From positions 1-64,000 of IMG/VR virus record IMGVR_UViG_3300028601_000022: a stretch of DNA of 64,000 nucleotides; one strand, 5' to 3'. Below are positions 18,276 through 27,052 of the stretch, one piece after another. Position 1 is the stretch's first letter; the number at the start of each line of letters is the position of its first letter. The notes under the pieces are model-generated. The model did no database searches, was not told the DNA's origin, and was given only the letters and a program-made list of their open reading frames with translations. This DNA is from a virus (taxonomy: Duplodnaviria; Caudoviricetes). Position numbers and translations under genes: made by a program.

Positions 18276-18343
18276 ACAGATACCTCAAGCACCTATTGTA
18301 CGCATTCTTAACTGCGCACCTCTATGCTTAAAGGGTTATAGTG

Positions 18344-18670
18344 TTAGCGGATGATAGAGCACCAGCCAGCGGAGACCGCGCCCTGCAAGGTCATTCCGTT
18401 GACGGTAACAATGTCGCTTTGTTTGTAGTCCTTGCCAGTGCGGGCAGAGGGAGACAGAACAAAAGAATCACGTTTCAAAACAACGGTAATGGCGTGATTG
18501 CGCCGGTTGACCAATCCGATATTGGTATCCATTGTTCTTGTCGCAGGAGCTGCGCTCACGGTGCTTTCAGGCTTCGCGCCTTGGTTCTTGTTGCCTGAAT
18601 CCTGCTTGTTATCCTGGCCCGTACCAGCTTTGTGGCCCTGATTGATGCCGGGCCCGTTGTCTTTTGCCAT
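18344..18670 (-). CDS. Hypothetical virion-module protein
   Basis: AGGAG RBS. Confidence 0.7.
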   Translation of the reverse strand: MAKDNGPGINQGHKAGTGQDNKQDSGNKNQGAKPESTVSAAPATRTMDTNIGLVNRRNHAITVVLKRDSFVLSPSARTGKDYKQSDIVTVNGMTLQGAVSAGWCSIIR

Positions 18671-18689
18671 AGTATTCTCCTTTACGAGG

Positions 18690-19343
18690 TTACTTCCTCA
18701 TATTAGGTGACTTGTTTCCATCGGAGTCAACGCTAATGATTCCACCATTAAGGGCCTCCCCGTTAAGTTCTTTGCCGTTCACCACGATACAGCGAACCAA
18801 CTTCATCTCGTCGGTGAAGAGGAACTGCGATTGCACGGTGAATGTAGCTTCAAGACTGTAGAGGCGCCCTTCCGAGTCATAGGTGTTTGTATCCCGCCCA
18901 CCGGGTGCTGGTGATAACTCCGAAAACTCCCCCACTGTACTTTCCCAAATTTCAACCACATCCAGGCCCGGAACGGTTACCCTGTATTGCAGCTTCGCAG
19001 CAAACGCAGCCATCTCCACGTACCGGTGTATCTGGTCAAAATGGTCGTTCTCATTGTCTGCAATCATACCAAGAGTAATGGTAGCATTAAACTTGATAGG
19101 CTTTACCCGTAGCGCCTTTGTTTCAGACGTGTTTGTCTTACCAAGAAAGGAGCTTCCGTGTGTAGTAAGCCCATGAGGGAAAGAGATAGAGGTAGAGCCG
19201 TATATCAAACCCGGCGATTTCACCTTCTCTGCACCAAACTTATTCCAGAAGGAATCCGTTCCACCGTATCGTACATTAGACGCATCATAGTGGAAGTTGG
19301 TACAGAGGTAATTGCCGATACCGGTCATTAAGGCTGCATACAT
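18690..19343 (-). CDS. Putative tail terminator / neck protein
   Basis: Position between capsid and sheath genes; size. Confidence 0.5.
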   Translation of the reverse strand: MYAALMTGIGNYLCTNFHYDASNVRYGGTDSFWNKFGAEKVKSPGLIYGSTSISFPHGLTTHGSSFLGKTNTSETKALRVKPIKFNATITLGMIADNENDHFDQIHRYVEMAAFAAKLQYRVTVPGLDVVEIWESTVGEFSELSPAPGGRDTNTYDSEGRLYSLEATFTVQSQFLFTDEMKLVRCIVVNGKELNGEALNGGIISVDSDGNKSPNMRK

Positions 19344-19351
19344 GCGACCAC

Positions 19352-19705
19352 CTAACCGTAGTAGAGTTTGTATCCAACCTTGTCGGCAACAGCAGACTTA
19401 ACCGTTAAGGACCTGAGGTTGGTGGAGTTCATCATAAAGAAGTTAGTCTGGGTGAGGCTGATAGTTTCCCCGGTACCGTTTACCAAATCCACATCGAATG
19501 GGTCACTGCCATCATACACGTCCCCAATAAACAGAACAAAGTTCGTGTTTTCGAGGTTATAAATAGCATCCCCGTTCTCTTCAAGATAGGCATACGGAAG
19601 GGTTTGTACGGCATTCACCTTAATGCCTCGGTAGAACGAGTCCAGTGTTTGCCTTGTTTTGTCAGTGGACAGCGTTACCGAAACATCCATTCCAAGAGTA
19701 GGCAT
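19352..19705 (-). CDS. Hypothetical structural protein
   Basis: AGGAGG RBS, beta-rich. Confidence 0.7.
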   Translation of the reverse strand: MPTLGMDVSVTLSTDKTRQTLDSFYRGIKVNAVQTLPYAYLEENGDAIYNLENTNFVLFIGDVYDGSDPFDVDLVNGTGETISLTQTNFFMMNSTNLRSLTVKSAVADKVGYKLYYG

Positions 19706-19721
19706 ATACGCCTCCTAAACT

Positions 19722-19758
19722 AAAAAGCCTCCCAGTATTAGGGATACCGGGAGGCTTT
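19722..19758 (-). terminator. Rho-independent terminator
   Basis: AAAAAGCCTCCC...GGGAGGCTTT. Confidence 0.75.
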
Positions 19759-19789
19759 AGTAACCGTGTCGTGATTGCTGAGGGCGCCG

Positions 19790-20104
19790 TTACACGAGGG
19801 TGCGGGCAGCCAGGCGGGCGACCGATTCAGGCAGTTTGACATTGGCTTCGAGCGGAGCGAGGTCGTCGCCTTCGTCTTCTTCTGCTTCGCCACCTTCGGT
19901 GTCGTCGTCCAGGTCTTCAAAGTCGGTATCGTCCAGCTCTTCCGCACTCTGGGCAACGCCGTCCATCACTTCATCCAGGTTGCCGTCTTCGGCGGCCTGA
20001 ACGAACAGCTTGCCAGCCGGGCCAGCCTGCCCGTCTTTGGCAAAAGCATACGCTTGCGCAAGCAAGGTCAACGCATTGAGAGCCTGTTCCTTGGTAATAG
20101 CCAT
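19790..20104 (-). CDS. Small acidic head-associated protein
   Basis: GGAGG RBS; follows the capsid gene. Confidence 0.75.
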   Translation of the reverse strand: MAITKEQALNALTLLAQAYAFAKDGQAGPAGKLFVQAAEDGNLDEVMDGVAQSAEELDDTDFEDLDDDTEGGEAEEDEGDDLAPLEANVKLPESVARLAARTLV

Positions 20105-20174
20105 AATATTTTCCTCCCGTATATGGGATATTTGTTAATCTTTCTAGTGCAAGGGCGGTAACCGCCCTATGCAA

Positions 20175-21242
20175 CTAGATGCGCTGGCCTTTGACAACGG
20201 AACGGTTGTTCACAACGGCCATCGAGGTGGGCTGCGTCAGGAACCAGCCTTTCTTGGCTTCGCCGAAAGCAGCGCGGTCAACGGGAGTGGCGCTCAGGGG
20301 GCGGGTCAGGATAACGCCGTGGTTCACAGGAGCACTGACGAGGTAGAACTCGCCGTCTTCAATGACGCGGAACTGCGGCTGACGCATGTAGTCCGAGTAG
20401 ATTTTCACGTTGTACAGGGAGCCGATTTCGCCGGTTTCCAGGATTTCACGCTTGGTGACAGGGTCGAACACTTCCTGGAAGGCGGACGACGTGATAATGT
20501 CCTGCATAAGAGTGGAGGACAGAATGCACGTGGTAACGGGCAGGCCTTCGCGGTCAATGAGGTCGCGCATGTGGGCGAAGAACTGGGGCGTAAACGCAGT
20601 GGTGGTCTGCAGGTTGTGACGGGAAGCAGCGGCAGCGTCGGCGCACTTTTTCCAGTAGCGGTCTTCATGCACCATGATGGCTTCGAGGCCTTCTTCATAC
20701 TTTTCTTCAAGAAGGTCTGTGCGCGAGCGCGACATTTCCTTGTTGTCGATAAGCAGGAAGCTGTTCAGGTCGAACTCGTCCAGCAGCAGGCGCTTTTCGC
20801 GGATTTCGGAAGGAACAACCTGAGAGGCCGAAGACATAAGGTATGCAACGACCTGCTTCACCTTCACGGTAACTTCGGGGAAGTCGCCGTTGCCGAGTTC
20901 GCTGGCGAGCAGCAGCTGACGGCAGAAGCCTTCACGGTCGGTGGTTTCTTCAATCTGGGCGGCAAGAATACCACCGAGGAGCTGCATCTGCTGGCCGGAA
21001 TTGTCGGCCATAGCAGCGGCCAGAACGGCCTTGCGGTTGGCGGATTTTTCCTGGCGAATTTCAGCAGTATTTTTATCCAGCGGAGCTTCGCCGGAAAGAA
21101 TTTGCAGGGCTGCAACAATCTGCTGCATGGCGTCCTGTTTGGACGAAGCATTCAGATTCCCTTGGGCGTCAAACAGGGGAGACGCGGAATGCGCGCCGCT
21201 GGTCACGCCAGAAACGATGCGGGGAGACAAGAGGTCTTTCAT
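20175..21242 (-). CDS. Major capsid protein
   Basis: 355 aa, strong codon bias, ILETGEIGSLYNVKI (HK97-fold G-x-L/I-x-G/N-V-x-I), 3' hairpin at 20148-20173, position in head module. Confidence 0.8.
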   Translation of the reverse strand: MKDLLSPRIVSGVTSGAHSASPLFDAQGNLNASSKQDAMQQIVAALQILSGEAPLDKNTAEIRQEKSANRKAVLAAAMADNSGQQMQLLGGILAAQIEETTDREGFCRQLLLASELGNGDFPEVTVKVKQVVAYLMSSASQVVPSEIREKRLLLDEFDLNSFLLIDNKEMSRSRTDLLEEKYEEGLEAIMVHEDRYWKKCADAAAASRHNLQTTTAFTPQFFAHMRDLIDREGLPVTTCILSSTLMQDIITSSAFQEVFDPVTKREILETGEIGSLYNVKIYSDYMRQPQFRVIEDGEFYLVSAPVNHGVILTRPLSATPVDRAAFGEAKKGWFLTQPTSMAVVNNRSVVKGQRI

Positions 21243-21302
21243 ATGACTGGTACTCCTTACGAGTCTTTTCTTGTTGGCAAAGCGGCTTCAGGCCCTTAGG
21301 GC

Positions 21303-22001
21303 TTAGAAGCGGAGGCCCAGGAAGCCGTTGGTGCCGTTGGGCGTGCCGATGATGGTAGCGGGAATCGCGAGGCCGGTGGCCGGAACTGCCGCAGCCACCG
21401 CAATATTGCCGTCGGCATTGATATGCAGAAGCAGCGTACGGTCGTCGAAGTCGGAGCCCAGGTCGATTTTGTCGGTCCAAACTTCGCCTTCAAGAATGAC
21501 GCCGGTAGAGCCAGTCATGGCCGAAGAAGAAACGGAAGGAATCAAAACGCGGTGCTCATAGAACGCCGTTTCCAGCGTGGGCAGATACTTGTACACGACT
21601 TCGAGGTGAGCGTTGGCGGAACTGTCCACGGTGATAAGGCGCGGATTGGTCGAGTCCGGGGTAAGGTCGGCCGCAGCGATACGGGTGCGCACGCCGTTGA
21701 CTTTCTTCCACACGGAAATCTGGCCGGCAACCGGTTCGTAAGGAAGCAGAATTTTGCTGTCTGCATCCGCAACGATGGTCATGGCCTGGGTGGCGGTCAC
21801 GGGGGTCAAAGTTTCAGAATACGAAAAGCCGGCGAACTTGGCGCCGAGAGCGAGGTCAGCCGCGCCTTCAAAGCCCTTCACGGCCTCTTCGTTTTCAACC
21901 AGAATGGAAACCAAGGGAATGCCTTCTTCTTTGGCCTGGTAGCCCGGGACGAATTTGATTTCCCGGGACTGATGCGCAAGAGTGCGAGACATATTCAACA
22001 T
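21303..22001 (-). CDS. Putative capsid decoration / cement protein
   Basis: AAGGAG RBS before ATG 22001; directly upstream of capsid gene. Confidence 0.6.
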   Translation of the reverse strand: MLNMSRTLAHQSREIKFVPGYQAKEEGIPLVSILVENEEAVKGFEGAADLALGAKFAGFSYSETLTPVTATQAMTIVADADSKILLPYEPVAGQISVWKKVNGVRTRIAAADLTPDSTNPRLITVDSSANAHLEVVYKYLPTLETAFYEHRVLIPSVSSSAMTGSTGVILEGEVWTDKIDLGSDFDDRTLLLHINADGNIAVAAAVPATGLAIPATIIGTPNGTNGFLGLRF

Positions 22002-22070
22002 ACTATTCTCCTTAACCGTATCCGGTGTATGCTGGGTTATAACGGGTAGTGCAACAGCCACGCTTACCCG

Positions 22071-23315
22071 TTAAAACAGGTTCTTACGCATGGTGTCAAG
22101 GTCTACGCCGCCGGGCTTGGCGGAAGCCGTCATGTTGAGGACGCCGAAATTCAGGGTAGGCTTTTCCATCTTCTGCTTGGTGGCGAAGTTTTCGCTTGCA
22201 GTAAGAACGGCGTTGCCTGAAGCCTGCTGGATAAGAGCTTTGGCTTCAACCCGCGCGGCGTCGGTTTTCGTAAACAGTTCCATAGCCTTCGCCATGATGG
22301 TGCCGAACATATCGGAACCGTGAACGGCGAGGGTATTGGAAACAGCGGTCACAGCGCGTTCGCTGTCAACGCCGGAAGCGACAAGCTCGTTCACCAGGGA
22401 GCGGTGCAGAGCGGAGTACACTTCGGGATAGATGCCTTTCGAGCCGCCTTCAACTGCAATCTGGCAGCAGTCAATAAGGCGGGGAATTGCAGTTGCCTGC
22501 AACTTGGCAAGAGCAGCCTGCTCAATGTCGGCCGGCGAAAGCGCCTTTTCCGAGAAGTAGCTGCCGCCGAAAGCTTTTACAGCTGATGCCATACCTTCTT
22601 TTTCGGCTACTTCACTGAAGGCCGAAACGAACAGGGGCTGGGCGAAAAGGGGCTGCATGGAAGTCGGCGCGTTTTCCTTGCGGAAGATAGCAATAGGGTT
22701 GCCCGTGTGAATCGAGGATGCAACCATCGCTGTCGCTTCGCCGGCATTCGTGTCGAGGGCGCTCCATTGCAGGTCGGCGTGAGTGGAAGCATCCAGTTCG
22801 GAGTAGTCCGAGCCGCCTTCACCGTCGCCGTTATTGGCAAGAACGCTATCGGGGTCTTTGCCTTCCCCGGCCCCTTCTTCGTAGCCGTCTTCGGAGCCGT
22901 CTTCGAAGCCGTCACCATCATCCATGTTTTCCGGGTCAAGCCCATCGTCGCCTTCACCATAGCCGTCGTCGCCACCTTCAAGGGTAGTACCGGCCTGGTC
23001 GCAAGCAACGAGTGAGTCACCAGCGCAGTCAGGGCAATACTTGCTTGCAGCAAAGTCGTCCGCGGTTTCATCGGTACCGTCGGCTGCAAACACTGTATCG
23101 CAAGAAACGCACTTGACGTAAATCAGGGGTTTTTCAGGGCTCGCGGTGAGTTCCGCCCGGGAAACAGGTGTGCCCCTTTCAAGGGGCTGGCAGCAGTGAA
23201 TGCAATAAGGGTCTTTCGAGCCGCTTGCAAGCACCATCGCGCTGCCGCAGTGGTCACACTTGTAACTCTGGAAGTAGGAATTACCGCTTGCCTGAATAGT
23301 CAGACGCTTGCTCAC
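22071..23315 (-). CDS. Putative prohead core / scaffold protein with Zn ribbons
   Basis: GTG start with GGAGG; CxxC pairs, acidic linker, many x-x-A|S motifs. Confidence 0.6.
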   Translation of the reverse strand: MSKRLTIQASGNSYFQSYKCDHCGSAMVLASGSKDPYCIHCCQPLERGTPVSRAELTASPEKPLIYVKCVSCDTVFAADGTDETADDFAASKYCPDCAGDSLVACDQAGTTLEGGDDGYGEGDDGLDPENMDDGDGFEDGSEDGYEEGAGEGKDPDSVLANNGDGEGGSDYSELDASTHADLQWSALDTNAGEATAMVASSIHTGNPIAIFRKENAPTSMQPLFAQPLFVSAFSEVAEKEGMASAVKAFGGSYFSEKALSPADIEQAALAKLQATAIPRLIDCCQIAVEGGSKGIYPEVYSALHRSLVNELVASGVDSERAVTAVSNTLAVHGSDMFGTIMAKAMELFTKTDAARVEAKALIQQASGNAVLTASENFATKQKMEKPTLNFGVLNMTASAKPGGVDLDTMRKNLF

Positions 23316-23505
23316 GTTTGACCTCCAGTTAGGGTTTTCAGGTTATCGCCAATGCTGCGTGGTAAGCCGCTGCATAAAGCTTTTCGCAAATCTTTTGACT
23401 GTAACACCTTAGACTGCCGTAGGGCCGGTAGCCAGTCTACATATACTCCTCCACGAAGGAGGGAACAGGGAGGCCAAGGAGTACCTTCACCCCCGCCATC
23501 CCAGG

Positions 23506-23574
23506 TTACTTGGTTTCCAGTGCAGCATATGCAGCCTTCGTACCGCGACGGATGGGAAGGGTAATAGAAGCCAT
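23506..23574 (-). pseudogene. Truncated fibre-like ORF (MASITLPIRRGTKAAYAALETK*)
   Basis: AGGAG RBS; IRRGT motif of fibre N-termini; stops after 22 codons. Confidence 0.4.
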
Positions 23575-23607
23575 CGGATTCTCCTGATTTTGTTAAATTG
23601 TCCCGAT

Positions 23608-23781
23608 TTAGGCTGTAGGTGTAGAACCGCCCGATACGGCTGTATCGGTATAGTCCTTGGCCTCGCTAAGGACATCGGCATCCTTAGTATCAATTTCTTC
23701 CCGTGTATAGGTATCCGTAACCGCCGGGTCCGAACTCTCGGTAACGGAACCGTTTGAAAATGCTGGTAGTGTTGATTTCAT
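23608..23781 (-). CDS. 57-aa protein with fibre/collar-type YTREEID and EAKDYTD motifs (absent from ORF track)
   Basis: MKSTLPAFSNGSVTESSDPAVTDTYTREEIDTKDADVLSEAKDYTDTAVSGGSTPTA*; starts right after the upstream stop. Confidence 0.6.
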   Translation of the reverse strand: MKSTLPAFSNGSVTESSDPAVTDTYTREEIDTKDADVLSEAKDYTDTAVSGGSTPTA

Positions 23782-23782
23782 C

Positions 23783-24313
23783 CTATCCGTCCTTTACAAA
23801 GCCGTCAACAACGGTGCCGGCTATGCTGAAGGTAAGGTCGAGTTTGCTTATCTCCGAATCGGAGCCGCCGACGAAACTGGCCTCACCATGAGGAAACACG
23901 GCGTAGGTAACCTTTCCAATGAGGTTAGACACCGAGTTATAGTGGATTATTTCAATTGGGCGGCAAGCTTCAGACAGGGTAAGAACGCCGGTAGTCTGGT
24001 CTACCATATCGTCGCCCCAATCCTTCAACCATTGGTGCAGTTGCAGCACATTGGTAGAGGGGCCCCTTCTCCTTGAACCGTCAACAATAGACAGGGTAAG
24101 AGGCGATATAGAGGTACTCTTGGGAAAGTCAATTGCGCCTAGACCTGCTGGAAACTCCATCTTGTCTATCCAAAAGAAATTGTACTGAACGTCAGTTGCC
24201 GGAAACCACTCAAGGAAATCACCGGGAGTCCTGTAGTCCGGAAACCGCACAGCCCAGTTGAATGACCGTGCCCACTCAATCAGGCGAAGCTGTTCTACAG
24301 TAACGTGATACAT
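23783..24313 (-). CDS. Tail tube-like protein (tube paralog / tube initiator)
   Basis: Similar layout to 58681..59289 (FNWAV, LHQWLKDW, IEIIHY, LTFS). Confidence 0.55.
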   Translation of the reverse strand: MYHVTVEQLRLIEWARSFNWAVRFPDYRTPGDFLEWFPATDVQYNFFWIDKMEFPAGLGAIDFPKSTSISPLTLSIVDGSRRRGPSTNVLQLHQWLKDWGDDMVDQTTGVLTLSEACRPIEIIHYNSVSNLIGKVTYAVFPHGEASFVGGSDSEISKLDLTFSIAGTVVDGFVKDG

Positions 24314-24377
24314 ACAGAACTCCCAGTAAACGTGCTGCTAGGGAAACAGATACTTGGTAGGGAATGTTCCCTGCGTG

Positions 24378-24683
24378 TTACGCACCGTGAAGGACATACA
24401 GGATGAACTGGCCCAGAGCACGGTTGCCATCAAAGTCCTTCGGGCTGTTCTGTTCAACATGGAAATAGCCCTCGGAAGGGGAGACCCTGGCATAGCCCCA
24501 GTTCTTGCCGTAAGACCACTTGTAGTCGTCATACGGCTTCATCTGCTTTGCCACCTTTTCCAGAGGCTCCTCAGACCAGTCGAACTTGACGACCTTGCCA
24601 TCGGCTTTCTTTATCCAAAAACCGCTGGCACTGACTACACGCTTTTGCGGGGCCGCTGTAACGATTACATTTACCATTTTCAT
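24378..24683 (-). CDS. Putative internal head protein (leader MKMVNVIVTA|A)
   Basis: AGGAG RBS before ATG 24683; shared leader motif. Confidence 0.65.
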   Translation of the reverse strand: MKMVNVIVTAAPQKRVVSASGFWIKKADGKVVKFDWSEEPLEKVAKQMKPYDDYKWSYGKNWGYARVSPSEGYFHVEQNSPKDFDGNRALGQFILYVLHGA

Positions 24684-24693
24684 AGAGTTACTC

Positions 24694-25065
24694 CTAACCT
24701 TTAGTGCTACTGCTGTAGCGGGTGAAGGACAGATGGTTAGCACCGAGGGTAACAAGATACCGATAGCCACCAACGAGGCCACTCGTGGTTATTGCTTGCG
24801 TCTTAGTGCTTGCATACCACGGGCCGAATTTTTCGCGCAGGCCGCCGGTCTTGTTAAGGGTCTCGATAATGTCCATGGCCCTTATGTTTGGAAGACCGGG
24901 CTTTATAAGGCCAACAAATGACCCGGAATCTTCTTTCGGGTTTGTAGAGGCATCTTCGGCATTGAATGAGTACATACCTGAAAGGGCCTTCACTACAGGG
25001 TCGGCCTGAATATCGGCATTCATGTAGGTAAGAGTGGCTTTGACCACGACTTGTTTCATTTGCAT
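24694..25065 (-). CDS. Putative internal head protein, paralog of 25076..25426
   Basis: MKQVVVKA leader; ADPVV..LS..Y.F, F.PW and LGAN shared with the neighbour. Confidence 0.65.
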   Translation of the reverse strand: MQMKQVVVKATLTYMNADIQADPVVKALSGMYSFNAEDASTNPKEDSGSFVGLIKPGLPNIRAMDIIETLNKTGGLREKFGPWYASTKTQAITTSGLVGGYRYLVTLGANHLSFTRYSSSTKG

Positions 25066-25075
25066 AACTACCATC

Positions 25076-25426
25076 CTACCCAAAAGCGGTATTGCCCTCG
25101 TCTACAAGGACAAAGATGTAGTTGGCACCAAGCTCAATCATATAGCCGTTTTCGGCTGTCTCACCGCGAGTAACAAGCTTGCCTGCGCTGTCCAACTTCC
25201 ACGGCTTAAACTGCTTCTTGAGGCCCGGAAGAGAGTTAAGCCAACGAATTATTGCCGGGAACTCTATCCGGCCAGGCTTAGGCTTCGTTTTGAAGGAGCC
25301 CCTGAATCCAGGAACACCATCATCGGTAACCTGCTCAAAGTCATAGAAGGTAGAAAGACGGCGTACGACAGGGTCGGCAGTGACGGCTGGCACTTGCGCT
25401 ATTACCTTTACTGTAACTTGCTTCAT
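25076..25426 (-). CDS. Putative internal head protein (leader MKQVTVKVIA...VTA|D)
   Basis: Leader motif; paralog pair. Confidence 0.65.
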   Translation of the reverse strand: MKQVTVKVIAQVPAVTADPVVRRLSTFYDFEQVTDDGVPGFRGSFKTKPKPGRIEFPAIIRWLNSLPGLKKQFKPWKLDSAGKLVTRGETAENGYMIELGANYIFVLVDEGNTAFG

Positions 25427-26179
25427 TTACACACCCTCACCCTGGCAGGTGAACTCTGCCGGTATGCGCACGATAGACGCTTCAAAGAAGACCGGAGCAT
25501 GCGCCATCATGTAGTGAAGGACACCGTTTTTCACCTGCCCGTAAGAAGCAAGGTCGGTATAGTTGCAGTCATAACAAGTGCAGGTTCTTTGAACCGCAGG
25601 CCCCTGGATACCACCACAAATGCTGCACTCAAGCTGCAAGGAAGCGCAGCCCATACTGTAGCTGGTGTTGGGGTTGAGGCAGTCTTTTGCCGCCCGTGCA
25701 TTCTTGGAGCGGTCATACGCGGCCAGAATCATAAGACGTGCAACGCCGTATTTTTTGACAGGCAGGAGGCTTGCATCCAGAACAATGCCGAGGCTGCGTG
25801 TTGGGTCGTCATTCTGGTGTTCCTGAAACAGGCATTTGCCAACGTAGGTCTTGTAGCTTTGGCACCCATGCTCAGGAAGAAACCGCAAGAGTTCCCGTGT
25901 AGGAACAGCCTGCATATTGACATTCGGCATGCCAGATACCAGAATCGGTATAAGAGCAAAGTTGTAGTCCTTAATGTCAGGACTGATGTGGTATTCCGAA
26001 GCGGCCGCCTTAAGGCAGGACGTAGACACCGTGGACATGCCAGGAATAAGCTTGCCCATTTCCACATGCGTAACCTGACGGTTACTCGATATGACGGGCA
26101 ACTTCCTGATAGGCATTTCGCTTGAGGCTACAGAGTTTACAGCCGCGCCTGTAAGGATAGCATATTTCTTGCTGTTCAT
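25427..26179 (-). CDS. Prohead (maturation) protease with Zn-finger insertion
   Basis: PN.N, LFQEHQN (His), G.VLDA, YSMGC (Ser), CSIC, FFEASIV..PA. Confidence 0.75.
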   Translation of the reverse strand: MNSKKYAILTGAAVNSVASSEMPIRKLPVISSNRQVTHVEMGKLIPGMSTVSTSCLKAAASEYHISPDIKDYNFALIPILVSGMPNVNMQAVPTRELLRFLPEHGCQSYKTYVGKCLFQEHQNDDPTRSLGIVLDASLLPVKKYGVARLMILAAYDRSKNARAAKDCLNPNTSYSMGCASLQLECSICGGIQGPAVQRTCTCYDCNYTDLASYGQVKNGVLHYMMAHAPVFFEASIVRIPAEFTCQGEGV

Positions 26180-26202
26180 ATTTACTCCAGGAATGAAGGC
26201 AT

Positions 26203-26241
26203 GGTGGATATAGGACTTATTGTATTAAGCCTATATCCACC
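26203..26241. other. Long intergenic hairpin (RNA processing / stability)
   Basis: GGTGGATATAGG...CCTATATCCACC. Confidence 0.6.
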
Positions 26242-26258
26242 TAACAGGGCAGCTGGGC

Positions 26259-26633
26259 CTACTCTTCATAGAGTTTGTCAAAGTCCTTGTCAAGGCCGTA
26301 CAGCTTTCCTTTGTATTCGTAGACCTGAAGGTTATGCAGGTCTATGCTGTCCACGCTAATCCAGGCTACCTTCATCTTCCCTTTGCTGACAACATCGCCC
26401 ATCGAGGCGTTGACGGTAGAACCGTTGGCGGCGAAAGTATAGGTGGTATTCTGATTTATCTTTTTCAGGTCCTGTTTCATAGCTTCAAGGTCAAGGTCAA
26501 CGTGGTTGGCGCTTGACCACTTGAGGTGGTCTTTTACGGTCTGGAGGGGAAAAAGAGCTATCTTCTTACCCGCAGGGGCGGCTTTGGTTTTCTTGCTCGG
26601 AGCAGCCGTTATAACTACGCTAACAACTTTCAT
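26259..26633 (-). CDS. Putative internal head protein (leader MKVVSVVITA|A)
   Basis: AGGT RBS; leader motif. Confidence 0.7.
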   Translation of the reverse strand: MKVVSVVITAAPSKKTKAAPAGKKIALFPLQTVKDHLKWSSANHVDLDLEAMKQDLKKINQNTTYTFAANGSTVNASMGDVVSKGKMKVAWISVDSIDLHNLQVYEYKGKLYGLDKDFDKLYEE

Positions 26634-26659
26634 GGTACACCTACTTTGCGGATTTAAGG

Positions 26660-26965
26660 TTATTCGGGTTCTACGCTGGAAAGACCAACGCTTACGATAA
26701 AGCCGCCGTCGTCCAACGTGAAGGTAAACAGCTTACCGGTGAGGTGCCGCATAACGGTGTTGAGGATAGACAGGCCGGAGATGAACACATCGTCACTGTC
26801 TATACGGAGTACGAGGTTGGGGTCTATCTTTTCCATAGAAAGCAGCTTCTCACAGGCATGCGGGTCGCACTTTTTTCCAGGAAATAGGTCTGAAAAATGA
26901 ATATGCGAAACACAAAAGATGGCATTGAGGATATCCAATACCCGCTGTTCTGTGGCAGTATCCAT
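26660..26965 (-). CDS. Hypothetical protein
   Basis: AGGGG RBS. Confidence 0.6.
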   Translation of the reverse strand: MDTATEQRVLDILNAIFCVSHIHFSDLFPGKKCDPHACEKLLSMEKIDPNLVLRIDSDDVFISGLSILNTVMRHLTGKLFTFTLDDGGFIVSVGLSSVEPE

Positions 26966-27052
26966 TGATTTCCCCTAAGGATTCCTATACGCAAATCTTG
27001 AGTGAAAGGGCCCGGCATCTCATGTTTTGAAACGCCGAGCCCTGTTTAAAGC

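Noticed and set aside
15426-18311. 961-aa plus-strand ORF and similar long antisense ORFs (20169..21299, 25034..26125, 40501..42147, 45424..46815)
   Set aside because: Shadow frames of codon-biased genes on the other strand; no RBS or recognisable motifs.
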